A stretch of 32,000 nucleotides of DNA from Pseudomonas aeruginosa (GCF_001457615.1 NZ_LN831024.1:360001-392000), one strand, 5' to 3'. Numbered from the stretch's first letter, positions 1-9,085 are shown. Translations and numbers: made by a program. Notes: generated by a model not told the origin, from the sequence alone.

Positions 1-839
1 GCCGGGTCGTGCCAGGTTGAGCCGCCGGGAATCGCCGGGTTGTCGGTCTGCTCGTAGCCGTCCAGGTCGCCCAGTTCCCAGTTGGTCGCCTCGATGAACA
101 ACACCGGGATGTCCATCCCGTTGAAGCTTTCGCCGTCGCTGCAGCAGCCGGTACCCGCCGGGTATTCGGCGTTCAGGCCGGGGTTGGTGAACAGCGGGAT
201 GTCCAGCTCGCGGGCGATGCGCAGGATCTGTTCGCGGTAGGCGCCGAGGGCCGGGTTGGACACGCTGTTGGAGCCGGCATGGGCGTACATCTTGTCGCCG
301 GTGACCAGGCTGTCGAGGTTGATCATTCCCAGCAGGTTGGCGCGCTGGCTGGCGTCGAGGGACTCGACGTAGGCACGCGAACCGCGCAGGCCTTCCTCCT
401 CGGCGCCGAAACCGACCACCTCGAGGCCGTTCTCCAGGGCGATGCCGCCGAGGTTGTGGGCGATCTCGGTGAGCACCGCCGCGCCCGAGGCGTTATCGTC
501 CAGGCCCTGCAGGGTCGGGCGACCGTAGTAGGTGTCGTAGTGCGCGCCGAGTACCAGGAACTTCCCGCTGCTACCGGGCGCCGAGGCGATGACGTTCTGC
601 GAACTGCGGTTGCCGGCCCAGGTGAAGTCCTGGCGACTGGTCTGGTAGCCGAAGCCCAGGCGCGACTGCATCAGTTCGCTGGCGCCGGCGAAGCTGGCGG
701 TGCCGCGATAGCGGCCCGGGTAGTCGGTGATCAGGCGCTCCAGGGTCTCCCCGGCGTATTCCCCGTATTGGTAGGCGTTGGCGCCCAACGACAGCGCGGC
801 ACATCCCAGGCCTACAGCGACAGCTAATGGTTTGAACAC
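1..839 (-). CDS. aaaA: M28-family aminopeptidase domain. N-terminal part of an autotransporter arginine aminopeptidase (AaaA-like). The 3' end runs off the left edge.
   Basis: Absent from the ORF track because it is open-ended. Reverse-strand translation from GTG (839-837), with AGAGGAAAG just upstream, gives VFKPLAVAVGLGCAALSLGANA (signal peptide). This is followed by LVLGAHYDTY, LDDNASGAAVL, GFGAEEEGLRGS and INLDS, the metal-ligand motifs of M28 peptidases. The frame stays open to position 1. The symbol rests on remembered P. aeruginosa synteny. Confidence 0.75.
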   Translation of the reverse strand, partial: MFKPLAVAVGLGCAALSLGANAYQYGEYAGETLERLITDYPGRYRGTASFAGASELMQSRLGFGYQTSRQDFTWAGNRSSQNVIASAPGSSGKFLVLGAHYDTYYGRPTLQGLDDNASGAAVLTEIAHNLGGIALENGLEVVGFGAEEEGLRGSRAYVESLDASQRANLLGMINLDSLVTGDKMYAHAGSNSVSNPALGAYREQILRIARELDIPLFTNPGLNAEYPAGTGCCSDGESFNGMDIPVLFIEATNWELGDLDGYEQTDNPAIPGGSTWHDP

Positions 840-1128
840 GGCACTTTCCTCTGTGTCGGTACGATGGTGCATCGAATGATGCTCGCGCCGCGGAAAGCAG
901 GATGCGGACCGTTTCATGTCCCGGTGGCACGAAGTGACGCCTGGTCGACCTGCGGTGTCGCCAGGTTGTAAGAAGCGTCGCTCCTGGCGATGGGCGGGAA
1001 GCTTCGTGCTGGACGTAGTGTTACCGGCGATGGCCGGTACTGGGGCGTGACTTCCCGTTTCGGGGCTTGGTAACCGCGAGCGGTCGATTTACAGTGCTCG
1101 CCCTGCCGATCTCCTGGATACCCGTCGC

Positions 1129-1854
1129 ATGAACATTTTCCGCGAAGCCCTGCTCAACCGTCGCCTGAAGAAGGCCCTGGCACGTCACGGTTGCCGCATG
1201 GCCAGCGGGGTCGAGACGCTGCGCGACGGCACGCAGGTGACGCTGGAGCCGAACGTGAAGCTGGGCAAGGCGAAGATCCATTCGCCGGCACTGGAGGTCG
1301 GCGCCTATACCGACGTGGTCAGCGGCTGCGAGTTCTTGGAGGTGGCCAGCATCGGCCGCTTCTGCTCGATCGCCACCGGGGTGGTGATCGGTCAGCCGCG
1401 CCGCTCGCATCCAATGCACTGGCTGAGCACCCACGCCTTCACCGCCAATCCGAAGCTGTTGCGCAAGCCGTTGCAGCCCGAGCGCGAAGCGACCCCGGCG
1501 CGGATCGGCCACGATGTATGGATCGGGCGCGACGCGCTGATCCTCGATGGGGTGGAGATCGGCACCGGCGCGGTGATCGGCGCGCAATCGCTGGTCAATC
1601 GCGACGTGCCGCCCTACGCGGTGGTGGCGGGCTCGCCGGCGCGGGTGCTCCGCTATCGCTTCGCGCCGGAGCTGATCGAGCGACTGCTGGCGAGTCGCTG
1701 GTGGGAGTTGCCGCTGGACGTGCTTGGCGAATTGCCGCTGGACGATCCGCAGGCCTGCGTCGAGGCGCTGGAGCGTCGGCCGCCGCAGGCGTGCCAGGAG
1801 GCGCGGCGCTTGCGCATCCGGCACAAGCCGTTCGCCATCGAATGGCTGTCCTGA
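1129..1854 (+). CDS. Hexapeptide-repeat (left-handed beta-helix) acetyltransferase of the xenobiotic CatB/Vat-like type
   Basis: 241-aa ORF. The C-terminal half, [53 protein letters not shown] followed by SRWWELP, matches the hexapeptide core plus the WW-containing tail I know from XAT-class acetyltransferases. There is no clear Shine-Dalgarno before ATG 1129. Confidence 0.75.
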   Translation: MNIFREALLNRRLKKALARHGCRMASGVETLRDGTQVTLEPNVKLGKAKIHSPALEVGAYTDVVSGCEFLEVASIGRFCSIATGVVIGQPRRSHPMHWLSTHAFTANPKLLRKPLQPEREATPARIGHDVWIGRDALILDGVEIGTGAVIGAQSLVNRDVPPYAVVAGSPARVLRYRFAPELIERLLASRWWELPLDVLGELPLDDPQACVEALERRPPQACQEARRLRIRHKPFAIEWLS

Positions 1855-1896
1855 GGCCCGCAGCCGCCGCCGGTGTCGACGGCGGCCAGGGCTGGG

Positions 1897-2229
1897 TCAG
1901 CTTTCGTCGCTGAGACCGGCTTCCGGCGCTGCGCGCTTCACCGACTGCACGCCGGCTTCGGCGTTGGCCTGGCTGGCATAGAGCTGGCTCTGGCCGACGA
2001 CCTGGCCATTGGTGGCCTTGAGCACGAAGTGGAACTTGCCGTTGTTGGCCGGCTTGACCTCGAAGGCACCGTCGCGCTGGGAGTTCTTGCGCACCGACTC
2101 GATGCCGCCGAGCGCCGAGTCCTTGGCCTTGTACAGTTCGCTGGTGAGAATGATCTCGCCGTTGGCGGCATGCAGGTTGAAGTGGAACTGGCCGTCTTTC
2201 GCTTTCTTCAGATGGAATTTGGCTGCCAT
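1897..2229 (-). CDS. YegP-like small protein (tandem DUF1508 repeats)
   Basis: The ORF track starts at 2247. I prefer ATG 2229-2227 because AAGGAG lies 5 nt upstream. Two internal repeats are visible: FHLKKAKDGQFHFNLHAANGEIILTSELYKAKDSALGGIESVRKNS and FEVKPANNGKFHFVLKATNGQVVGQSQLYASQANAEAGVQSVKRAA. Confidence 0.8.
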   Translation of the reverse strand: MAAKFHLKKAKDGQFHFNLHAANGEIILTSELYKAKDSALGGIESVRKNSQRDGAFEVKPANNGKFHFVLKATNGQVVGQSQLYASQANAEAGVQSVKRAAPEAGLSDES

Positions 2230-2351
2230 GTCTAGCTCCTTGTTCACAGGGTGAGGCGGATCGCAACGGACCAGCCGTCTGCTGAGACACAGCGTAGCCG
2301 CTTTTGTTGCAGTGTCGCCCCGCTCCGGTCATCGGCCTGGGGCGAGCGGGC

Positions 2352-3023
2352 TCAGGCCTTGAGGGTCTTGACGCCGTCGGCGGTGCCGAGCAGCAGCAAG
2401 TCGGCCGGGCGGGCGGCGAACAAGCCGTTGGTGACCACGCCGACGATGGCGTTGATCTTCTCTTCCAGTTCCACCGGGCTGTCGATGCGCAGGTTGTGCA
2501 CGTCGAGGATGATATTGCCGTTGTCGGTCAGCACGCCTTCGCGGTAGACCGGATCGCCGCCGAGCTTCACCAGTTGGCGGGCGACGTGGCTGCGAGCCAT
2601 CGGGATGACCTCCACCGGCAGCGGGAACTGGCCGAGGATGGGCACCAGCTTGCTGGCATCGGCGATGCAGATGAAGGTCTTGGCCACCGCGGCGACGATC
2701 TTCTCGCGGGTCAGCGCGGCACCGCCGCCCTTGATCAGCTCCAGGCGCTCGTTGCTTTCGTCGGCGCCGTCGACGTAGAACTCCAGCTCGCTGACCGTGT
2801 TCAGCTCGTAGACCGGGATGCCATGCTCCTTCAGGCGCTTGGCGGTGGCCTCCGAACTGGCTACTGCGCCGTCGAACTCGGCCTTGTGGCGGGCCAGGGC
2901 ATCGATGAAGAAGTTGGCGGTGGAGCCTGTGCCGACGCCGACGATGCTCTTGCTGTCGAGGTGCGGAAGAATGTGGTCGACGGCGGCCTGTGCCACTGCC
3001 TGCTTGAGCTGATCCTGGTTCAT
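2352..3023 (-). CDS. rpiA: Ribose-5-phosphate isomerase A
   Basis: 223 aa with GVGTGST, DGADE and [11 protein letters not shown] motifs. Colinear with RpiA over its full length. Confidence 0.95.
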   Translation of the reverse strand: MNQDQLKQAVAQAAVDHILPHLDSKSIVGVGTGSTANFFIDALARHKAEFDGAVASSEATAKRLKEHGIPVYELNTVSELEFYVDGADESNERLELIKGGGAALTREKIVAAVAKTFICIADASKLVPILGQFPLPVEVIPMARSHVARQLVKLGGDPVYREGVLTDNGNIILDVHNLRIDSPVELEEKINAIVGVVTNGLFAARPADLLLLGTADGVKTLKA

Positions 3024-3144
3024 CCCGGGTGCCTGTCTGGTTGCCTGGCCGGCCGTCCCGGCGGCGCAGGCGGAGGGTGCGCGCGGCCGGGGCGGCCCGG
3101 CGGGTTTCCGGCACGTCCTGTGCCGCTGCGATACGAAGGGACGA

Positions 3145-3150
3145 ATTATA
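3145..3150 (-). promoter_or_regulatory. Perfect TATAAT hexamer facing rpiA
   Basis: The minus strand reads CGCTATAATTCG in the 257-bp rpiA/ilvA divergent spacer, 122 nt upstream of the rpiA ATG. The -35 is weak (CAAGAC at 18 bp). Confidence 0.3.
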
Positions 3151-3280
3151 GCGGCCTGGCGTCCTCCGGTCTTGCCCGGATAACCGGCAGTCGCGGTGTT
3201 TTCCTGCGGCGCGCCGGTAGTCCGCCCGGCGGGCCTGGAGTAGACTCCGGGCTTCCGTGAAGTCCGCCGAACCGCCTCCG

Positions 3281-4795
3281 ATGCTCGAACAATACGTCAA
3301 GAAGATCCTCACCTCGCGCGTCTACGACGTCGCGGTGGAAACGCCCCTGCAACCCGCCCGCCAGTTGTCCGAACGCCTCGGCAACCAGGTCCTGCTCAAG
3401 CGCGAGGACCTGCAGCCGGTGTTTTCCTTCAAGATCCGCGGCGCCTACAACAAGGTCGCGCAGCTCACCGAGGAGGAGAAGGCCCGCGGGGTGATCGCCG
3501 CCTCGGCCGGCAACCACGCCCAGGGCCTGGCCCTGGCGGCCAAGCGGCAGGGGATCAGGGCGGTCATCGTGATGCCCAAGACCACCCCCGAGATCAAGGT
3601 CCAGGCGGTGCGCGCCCACGGCGCCAAGGCGGTGCTGCACGGCGACGCCTTCCCCGAGGCGCTGGCCCACGCGCTGAAGCTGGTCGACGAGAAGGGCTAC
3701 ACCTTCGTCCATCCCTACGACGATCCGGACACCATCGCCGGCCAGGGCACCGTGGCCATGGAGATCCTCCGCCAGCAGCCCGGCCGCCTCGATGCGATCT
3801 TCGTCCCGGTGGGCGGTGGCGGACTGGTCGCCGGCATCGCCGCCTACGTCAAGTACCTGCGTCCGGAGATCAAGGTGATCGGCGTCGAGCCGGACGAGTC
3901 GAACTGCCTGCAGGCGGCCATGGCCGCCGGCGAGCGGGTGGTGCTGGGCCAGGTCGGGCTGTTCGCCGACGGCGTGGCGGTGGCGCAGATCGGCCAGCAC
4001 ACCTTCGACATCTGCAAGGACCACGTCGACGAAGTGATCACCGTCAGCACCGACGAGATCTGTGCGGCGATCAAGGACATCTACGACGACACCCGCTCGA
4101 TCACCGAGCCGGCCGGCGCGCTGGCGGTGGCCGGGATCAAGAAGTACGTCGAGCGCGAGCGCGCCGAGGGGCAGACCCTGGTGGCGATCGACTCCGGCGC
4201 CAACGTCAACTTCGATCGCCTGCGGCATGTCGCCGAACGCGCCGAACTGGGCGAGCGCCGCGAAGCGATCATCGCGGTGACCATTCCCGAGCGGCCGGGC
4301 AGCTTCAAGGCCTTCTGCGAGGCGGTCGGCAAGCGCCAGATCACCGAGTTCAACTATCGCTACCACAGCGGCAGCGAGGCGCACATCTTCGTCGGCGTGC
4401 AGACCCACCCGGAGAACGACCCGCGCGAGGCGCTGGTGGCCTATCTGCGCGAGAAGGGCTTCCCGGTCCTCGACCTGACCGACAACGAACTGGCCAAGCT
4501 GCACATCCGCCACATGGTTGGCGGCCATGCGGTGAAAGTCAGCGACGAGATGGTGTTCCGCTTCGAATTCCCCGAGCGGCCCGGCGCGCTGTTCAACTTC
4601 CTCACCAAGCTCGGCGGGCGCTGGAACATCTCGATGTTCCACTACCGCAACCATGGCGCGGCCGACGGCCGGGTGGTGGCCGGGTTGCAGGTGCCGGAAG
4701 ACGAGCGCCACCTGATCCCGCAGACCCTGGAGGCGATCGGCTATCCGTACTGGGACGAGACCGCCAACCCGGCCTACCAGCTGTTCCTCGGCTGA
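3281..4795 (+). CDS. ilvA: Biosynthetic threonine ammonia-lyase (threonine deaminase)
   Basis: PLP-lysine motif [17 protein letters not shown] and GGGGL, plus two C-terminal ACT-like regulatory repeats ([10 protein letters not shown]...). Colinear with E. coli IlvA. The start is ambiguous: ATG 3281 gives 504 aa and is my preference, GTG 3257 gives 512 aa. Neither has a good SD. Confidence 0.93.
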   Translation: MLEQYVKKILTSRVYDVAVETPLQPARQLSERLGNQVLLKREDLQPVFSFKIRGAYNKVAQLTEEEKARGVIAASAGNHAQGLALAAKRQGIRAVIVMPKTTPEIKVQAVRAHGAKAVLHGDAFPEALAHALKLVDEKGYTFVHPYDDPDTIAGQGTVAMEILRQQPGRLDAIFVPVGGGGLVAGIAAYVKYLRPEIKVIGVEPDESNCLQAAMAAGERVVLGQVGLFADGVAVAQIGQHTFDICKDHVDEVITVSTDEICAAIKDIYDDTRSITEPAGALAVAGIKKYVERERAEGQTLVAIDSGANVNFDRLRHVAERAELGERREAIIAVTIPERPGSFKAFCEAVGKRQITEFNYRYHSGSEAHIFVGVQTHPENDPREALVAYLREKGFPVLDLTDNELAKLHIRHMVGGHAVKVSDEMVFRFEFPERPGALFNFLTKLGGRWNISMFHYRNHGAADGRVVAGLQVPEDERHLIPQTLEAIGYPYWDETANPAYQLFLG

Positions 4796-4870
4796 CCCGC
4801 GGCGGCTCGCCGACACGGGCTGCTAAGCTTCACGGGCAGGTGATCTCCTTCCTCGGGAACTGAGCCCGCC

Positions 4871-4893
4871 CCCGGCCCCTCAAACGGGCCGGG
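4871..4893 (+). terminator. GC hairpin downstream of ilvA
   Basis: CCCGGCCC-ctcaaac-GGGCCGGG (8-bp perfect stem), 76 nt after the ilvA stop. No U-tract. Confidence 0.3.
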
Positions 4894-4914
4894 AACACGG
4901 ACAAGGATGCGCTG

Positions 4915-5382
4915 ATGGAACATTTTATCCAGATCAAGATTCTCCACGGAGTCGCCACCGTGCTGCTGTTCGGCGGCCTGCTCGGCCTGGCGTTCTACGC
5001 CTGGCGCAGCTGGCGGACGGGCGACGCGGCTCGGGTCGCGCGCGGTTTCAAGCGGGTCCGCCTGATCGGCTGGCCGCTGCTGGGGCTCAGCCTGCTGGCC
5101 CTGCCGGTCAGCGGCTGGTGGCTGGTGCACCTGGCCGGCTGGCCGTTGGGCCAGAGCTGGCTGCTGTTCGGCGCCTGCCTCTATCTGCTCGGCTGCATCT
5201 TCTGGCTGGTCCTCGCCGGCCGCCTGGCGCGGGTCCAGCACCAGGCCGGCGCCGCCGAGACGGCGGGGGCCGCGCTGGGCGAGCAGGCCCTGCGCGAGAT
5301 CAAGGTGGGCCTGGTCATGGCCCTGCTCGGTGCGGCCAGCTTCATCGCGGTGGCGGTACTGATGGTCAGCAAGCCGCTCTGA
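4915..5382 (+). CDS. Small 4-TM integral membrane protein (DUF2269-like by memory), paralog 1
   Basis: 155 aa with four hydrophobic segments and AAGGA 8 nt upstream of the ATG. Clear paralog of 6701..7168: same length, K8/L10/H11, PxSG..xVHxAGWxLxQxWLL centred on H72, and a C-terminal MVxKP. Confidence 0.7.
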   Translation: MEHFIQIKILHGVATVLLFGGLLGLAFYAWRSWRTGDAARVARGFKRVRLIGWPLLGLSLLALPVSGWWLVHLAGWPLGQSWLLFGACLYLLGCIFWLVLAGRLARVQHQAGAAETAGAALGEQALREIKVGLVMALLGAASFIAVAVLMVSKPL

Positions 5383-5432
5383 AACGCCAACGAAATGGAC
5401 TTCACCGGCCTTCGCCGGTTCTGTAGGAACGC

Positions 5433-6704
5433 ATGCGTATTCTGCTGGTAGGCGCGGGAGGTTTCGTCGGGCGGCACCTGCTCCCGGCGCTGCTCGCCGC
5501 CGGACACGAACTGCTCCTCACCGCGCGCCGCCCGCCGGTCGATGCGCCTGCCGGTGTACGCTGGCTGGCGCTCGACCTGGAGCGGCTTGCGGAAAGGCCG
5601 GACAGCTTCGCCTGGCCCGCCGGGGTCGACCTGCTGATCAATGCCGCCGGCACCATGAGCCTCGACGAGGCGAGCATGGCTCGCGTCCAGGACAGCGGCG
5701 CGCGAACACTCTTCGACCTCGCTGCAGCCCATGGGGCGAAGGTCCTGCAGATTTCCGCGCTGGGCGCCGGTGCGCACCCGGACGTGGCCTTCCTCGCCAG
5801 CAAGGCGGCGGCCGACCGCCACCTGCTGGAACTGGGCATCCCGGCGCTGGTGCTGCGCCCGTCCCTGCTGCTGGGGCCGGGCGGCGCCAGCAGCGCCTGG
5901 CTGGAACGCCTGTCGCCGCTACCGCTGATTCCCTTGCTGGACAATCGCGCGCGCCTGCAACCGCTGCATGTCGAGGACCTGGTCGGCGCGGTGCTGGCCT
6001 TGCTGCGCCGCTGGCCGGAGCGGGCGCAGGTGATTCCGCTGGTGGGTCCGCAGGCGCTGACCCAGGGCGAGCTGCTGGACGAGCTGCGCCGCGCCCAGGG
6101 TTGGCCGCGCGGCCGCTATGCGGTGCCGCCCGCGGCGCTTCTCGATGCGTTGGGCGGGCTTGGCCGGCGTGCTGGCTGGCGGACACTGAGTCCATCGATG
6201 CTGAAGCTGGTGCGCCACGACAACCTGGCCGACCCGGCACTCCTCGATGCGGCCTGCGGCTATCGTTGCGCGCCGCTGGCCAGTCGCCTGCTCGGCTGGC
6301 CGCAGGCGGCACGCAGCCTGGCGGCGCTGATGCGGCCGCTGATGCTGGCGGCCCTGGTGCTGATCTGGCTGGGTACCCTGGTCGCCTGCCTGGGGCCGGG
6401 TTACGGTTGGGGCCTGCGGATCCTCGGCGAGGCCGGCATCCACGGCTGGCCGGCGAGCCTGGCGGTGATCGCCGGGGCCCTGCTCGACGGCGCGCTCGGC
6501 GTCGGCCTGCTGCTCCGCCGCTGGCGCCGGCGCGCGCTGCTGGCACAGTTCTGGCTGATGCTTGGCTACAGCCTGGCGATCAGCCTGATCCTGCCGCACT
6601 ACTGGTACGACCCCTACATGGCGGTCGGCAAGAACATCGTGCTGATGGTGGCCACGCTCTGGCTGCTGGGCGACGAACCTCGAGCCAGGGAGGCCCGTGG
6701 ATGA
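5433..6704 (+). CDS. NAD(P)-binding Rossmann (atypical SDR/epimerase-like) domain fused to a C-terminal 4-helix membrane domain (DoxX-like by memory)
   Basis: The N-terminus MRILLVGAGGFVGRHL is a GxxGxxG Rossmann motif. The C-terminal ~120 aa carry four hydrophobic helices (LMLAALVLIWLGTLVACL, LAVIAGALLDGALGVGLLL, FWLMLGYSLAISLIL, NIVLMVATLWLL). SD is TAGGAA. Confidence 0.75.
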   Translation: MRILLVGAGGFVGRHLLPALLAAGHELLLTARRPPVDAPAGVRWLALDLERLAERPDSFAWPAGVDLLINAAGTMSLDEASMARVQDSGARTLFDLAAAHGAKVLQISALGAGAHPDVAFLASKAAADRHLLELGIPALVLRPSLLLGPGGASSAWLERLSPLPLIPLLDNRARLQPLHVEDLVGAVLALLRRWPERAQVIPLVGPQALTQGELLDELRRAQGWPRGRYAVPPAALLDALGGLGRRAGWRTLSPSMLKLVRHDNLADPALLDAACGYRCAPLASRLLGWPQAARSLAALMRPLMLAALVLIWLGTLVACLGPGYGWGLRILGEAGIHGWPASLAVIAGALLDGALGVGLLLRRWRRRALLAQFWLMLGYSLAISLILPHYWYDPYMAVGKNIVLMVATLWLLGDEPRAREARG

Positions 6705-7168
6705 ACCTTTACCTGCTGCTGAAGACCCTGCATGTCCTTTCCTCGACCATTCTCTTCGGCACCGGCCTGGGGTCGGCCTACTACGCCCTGCGCGCCTGGC
6801 GCAGCGGGCAGTTGCCGGTGATCGCGGTGACCTTCCGCCACCTGGTCGCCGCCGACTGGCTGTTCATCGCCACCACAGCGGTGTTCCAGCCGCTCAGCGG
6901 CCTGGCCATGGTGCATGTCGCCGGCTGGTCGCTGGCCCAGGGCTGGTTGCTGTGGAGCCTGGGCCTCTACGTGTTCGCCGGGCTCTGCTGGCTACCGGTG
7001 GTGTGGTTGCAGATCCGCGTACGCGACATGGCCGAGGCGGCCTTGCGCGAGGCGCGGCCCATCGAACCGCTGGCGTACCGCTACATGAACGCCTGGTTCA
7101 TCCTCGGCTGGCCGGCCTTCATCGCCTTCATGGTCATCTTCTACCTGATGGTCAACAAGCCGGTCTGA
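6701..7168 (+). CDS. Small 4-TM integral membrane protein (DUF2269-like), paralog 2
   Basis: An internal ATG of track ORF 6101..7168. ATG 6701 overlaps the TGA of the upstream gene (ATGA, 6701-6704), with GGGAGG 8 nt upstream. 155 aa: MNLYLLLKTLHVLSSTILFG.... Confidence 0.75.
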   Translation: MNLYLLLKTLHVLSSTILFGTGLGSAYYALRAWRSGQLPVIAVTFRHLVAADWLFIATTAVFQPLSGLAMVHVAGWSLAQGWLLWSLGLYVFAGLCWLPVVWLQIRVRDMAEAALREARPIEPLAYRYMNAWFILGWPAFIAFMVIFYLMVNKPV

Positions 7169-8382
7169 GAGTCCCCTCGGCGCAACCAGAGCAACGCCAG
7201 GACCAGGAGCGCCAGGGAGCCGCCCCAGTACAACCAGGCGAAGCCGCCGGGCCGCTCCAGCAGGAGGAAGGCCAGGGCCGGGCCCAGCGCGGCGCCGAGG
7301 TCCTGGACGATGGAATAGCGGGTCATGAAGCCGACCACGTCGCCGGCGCGGGCGACGTCGGCGGCGAGGGCGTCGGTCAGGGTGGTGAGGGCGGTGGCGA
7401 CCAGCATCACCAGCAGGGCGATGGCCAGCCAGGCGAGAATGGGCAGCCTGCTGGAAAGCAGGCCGAAGCCCATTGCGCCGACCAGTAGCGCAGCCACGTA
7501 GAAGCGCCGACGCCCGCGCGGGCCATCCGACCAGGCACCGAAGCGCCCGGCCAGCCAGGGCTCCCAGGACCAGCGCAGGGCCTGGATGATCCCGGAGAGG
7601 CCGGCGGCGCTGAGCGCCAGGCCGAGCAGGCTGACCTCGGTGCCGAAGCTGCGGGCGATCAGCGCGCTCAGGGTGGCGGCGAGTACGCCCTGGATCAGGA
7701 GCGCGGTGGCGAAGCCGCTGAGGATCACCAGGCCGCGCGGCGGCGGGCGCCTGGCGACGCTGGTGGCTGCCGTTGCGGCGGAGGTCCGCGCATGTCCGGC
7801 GGGATTCTCCGGCAGGTCGAAACCCTTCGCCAGCAGCGGCAGGCCGAGCAGTGCCAGGAACGCGAAGGACAGCGCCAGCGCCGGCAGGCCGAGGACCGGC
7901 ACCAGCAGCCCGCCGAGCAGCATGCCGACCAGGCTGCCCAGGCGGTAGAGGCCATTGTACAGGCCCATGGCGCGGCCGCGCTGGTGGTCGGCGGCGCAGT
8001 AGACCACCGCCGAGAGTCCGCCGATGCGGAAGAACGACCAGCCGATCCCCCACAGTCCGCGCAGCAGCACCCAGGCCAGGAAACCGCTGGCCAGGCCGTA
8101 GCCGGCGGTGCTCAGCACGCCGATGACGACCGCCAGGAGCAGGCCGGTCTTCAGTGCCAGGTGCTTGTACAGGCGGCCGATCAGCGGATTGAAGGGCAGG
8201 CGGATCAGGCGGTTGATCGACAGCAGCACGCCGACCTGCCAGAGCGCCTCCAGGCCGACCTCGTGCCAGTAGATCGGCAAGGCGATATAAAGCATCGAAT
8301 CGCCGGCCAGGCATAGCGCGGTGACCAGGGCGACGATCACGACCGGCCGCAGCGAGCCGGGAGCGGGGGCTGTGTGGGGCAT
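7141..8382 (-). CDS. MFS-type transporter (about 12 TM)
   Basis: 413 aa, hydrophobic throughout, with a central hydrophilic loop (ENPAGHARTSAATAATSVARRPPPRG) splitting two 6-TM halves. The loop motif DHQRGRAMGLYN is typical of MFS. Confidence 0.8.
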   Translation of the reverse strand: MPHTAPAPGSLRPVVIVALVTALCLAGDSMLYIALPIYWHEVGLEALWQVGVLLSINRLIRLPFNPLIGRLYKHLALKTGLLLAVVIGVLSTAGYGLASGFLAWVLLRGLWGIGWSFFRIGGLSAVVYCAADHQRGRAMGLYNGLYRLGSLVGMLLGGLLVPVLGLPALALSFAFLALLGLPLLAKGFDLPENPAGHARTSAATAATSVARRPPPRGLVILSGFATALLIQGVLAATLSALIARSFGTEVSLLGLALSAAGLSGIIQALRWSWEPWLAGRFGAWSDGPRGRRRFYVAALLVGAMGFGLLSSRLPILAWLAIALLVMLVATALTTLTDALAADVARAGDVVGFMTRYSIVQDLGAALGPALAFLLLERPGGFAWLYWGGSLALLVLALLWLRRGDSQTGLLTIR

Positions 8383-8431
8383 CCTGGGGCCGCCGTGGCG
8401 CCGCCCGTCGGACGGCGCGCTTGTCAGTGGG

Positions 8432-9085
8432 TCAACGCAGGGAAATGATCGGCCAGCCGCGTTTTTCCGCCTCGGCGCGCAGGCGAGGATCGGGGTCGAC
8501 GGCCACCGGCCGGCTGACCTTTTCCAGCAGCGGCAGGTCGTTCAGCGAGTCGCTATAGAAGCTGGCGCCTTCCAGGTCCAGGCCGTTCTCGTCGAGCCAG
8601 CGTTGCAGGCGCACCACCTTGCCGCCCTGGAAGCAGGGCACGTCGAAGGTCTGCCCGGTGTAGCGGCCGTCGCGCATCTCGCACTCGGTGGCGATCAGGG
8701 TCTCCACCCCGAGCCGTTCGGCGATCGGGCCGGTGACGAAGCGGTTGGTGGCGGTGATGATCACCAGCCGGTCGCCGGCGGCGCGGTGCTCGGCGAGCAG
8801 CGCCTCGCCCTTGGCCAGCACGATCGGCTCGATCACTTCCTGCATGAACTGGCGGTGCCAGGTTTCCAGCTGGGCCATCTCGGTGCGACCGAGGATCGCC
8901 TGGGTGAAGGCCTGGTAGGCAAGGACGTCGAGCTTGCCGGCGACGTAGTCGGCATAGAAGGCGTCGTTGCGCGCCTGGTATTCGGCGGCGTCGACCAGGC
9001 CGCGCTGGCACAGCCATTCGCCCCAGCTATGGTCGCTGTCGCCGGCGAGCAGGGTGTTATCGAGATCGAAAAGGGCCAGACGCAC
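8432..9085 (-). CDS. HAD-IB family phosphatase (SerB-like fold)
   Basis: 217 aa. Motif I is FDLDNTL, motif II is VIITATN, and motif III is K...[11 protein letters not shown]. The substrate cannot be read from the sequence. Confidence 0.85.

Noticed and set aside
279-930. Track ORFs 279..827 (+) and 571..930 (-) at the left edge
   Set aside because: The real gene here is the open-ended minus-strand M28 peptidase frame (1..839) that the track omits. These two ORFs are antisense or out-of-frame artefacts.
925-940. TGGCAC-containing sequence resembling a sigma-54 -24 element (TGGCACGAAGTGACGC)
   Set aside because: The GG-to-GC spacing is 11 nt rather than the invariant 10. The -12 region does not read TTGC. 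It also faces the acetyltransferase rather than aaaA. I consider it a chance match.
3146-4816. 556-aa minus-strand ORF covering all of ilvA
   Set aside because: A mirror-frame ORF opposite a gene with unambiguous IlvA homology. The product is a low-complexity Ala/Arg/Gly/Val/Leu-rich sequence with no motif and no SD. This is the typical high-GC antisense artefact.
6101-7168. Long N-terminal extensions offered by the ORF track. Examples: 6101 for paralog 2, 22548 for paralog B, 22273 for glpQ, 19036 for the GTPase, 31369 for pfpI, 25614 for the phosphoesterase, 14033 for NRDE, 13924 for TauE, 15878 for thyA, 12096 for the GGDEF gene, 9247 for rppH.
   Set aside because: In each case the extension overlaps the upstream gene or spacer and is Arg/Pro/Gly-rich. 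An internal start is preceded by a recognisable SD and yields the expected N-terminus (signal peptide, P-loop strand, or a conserved family start).
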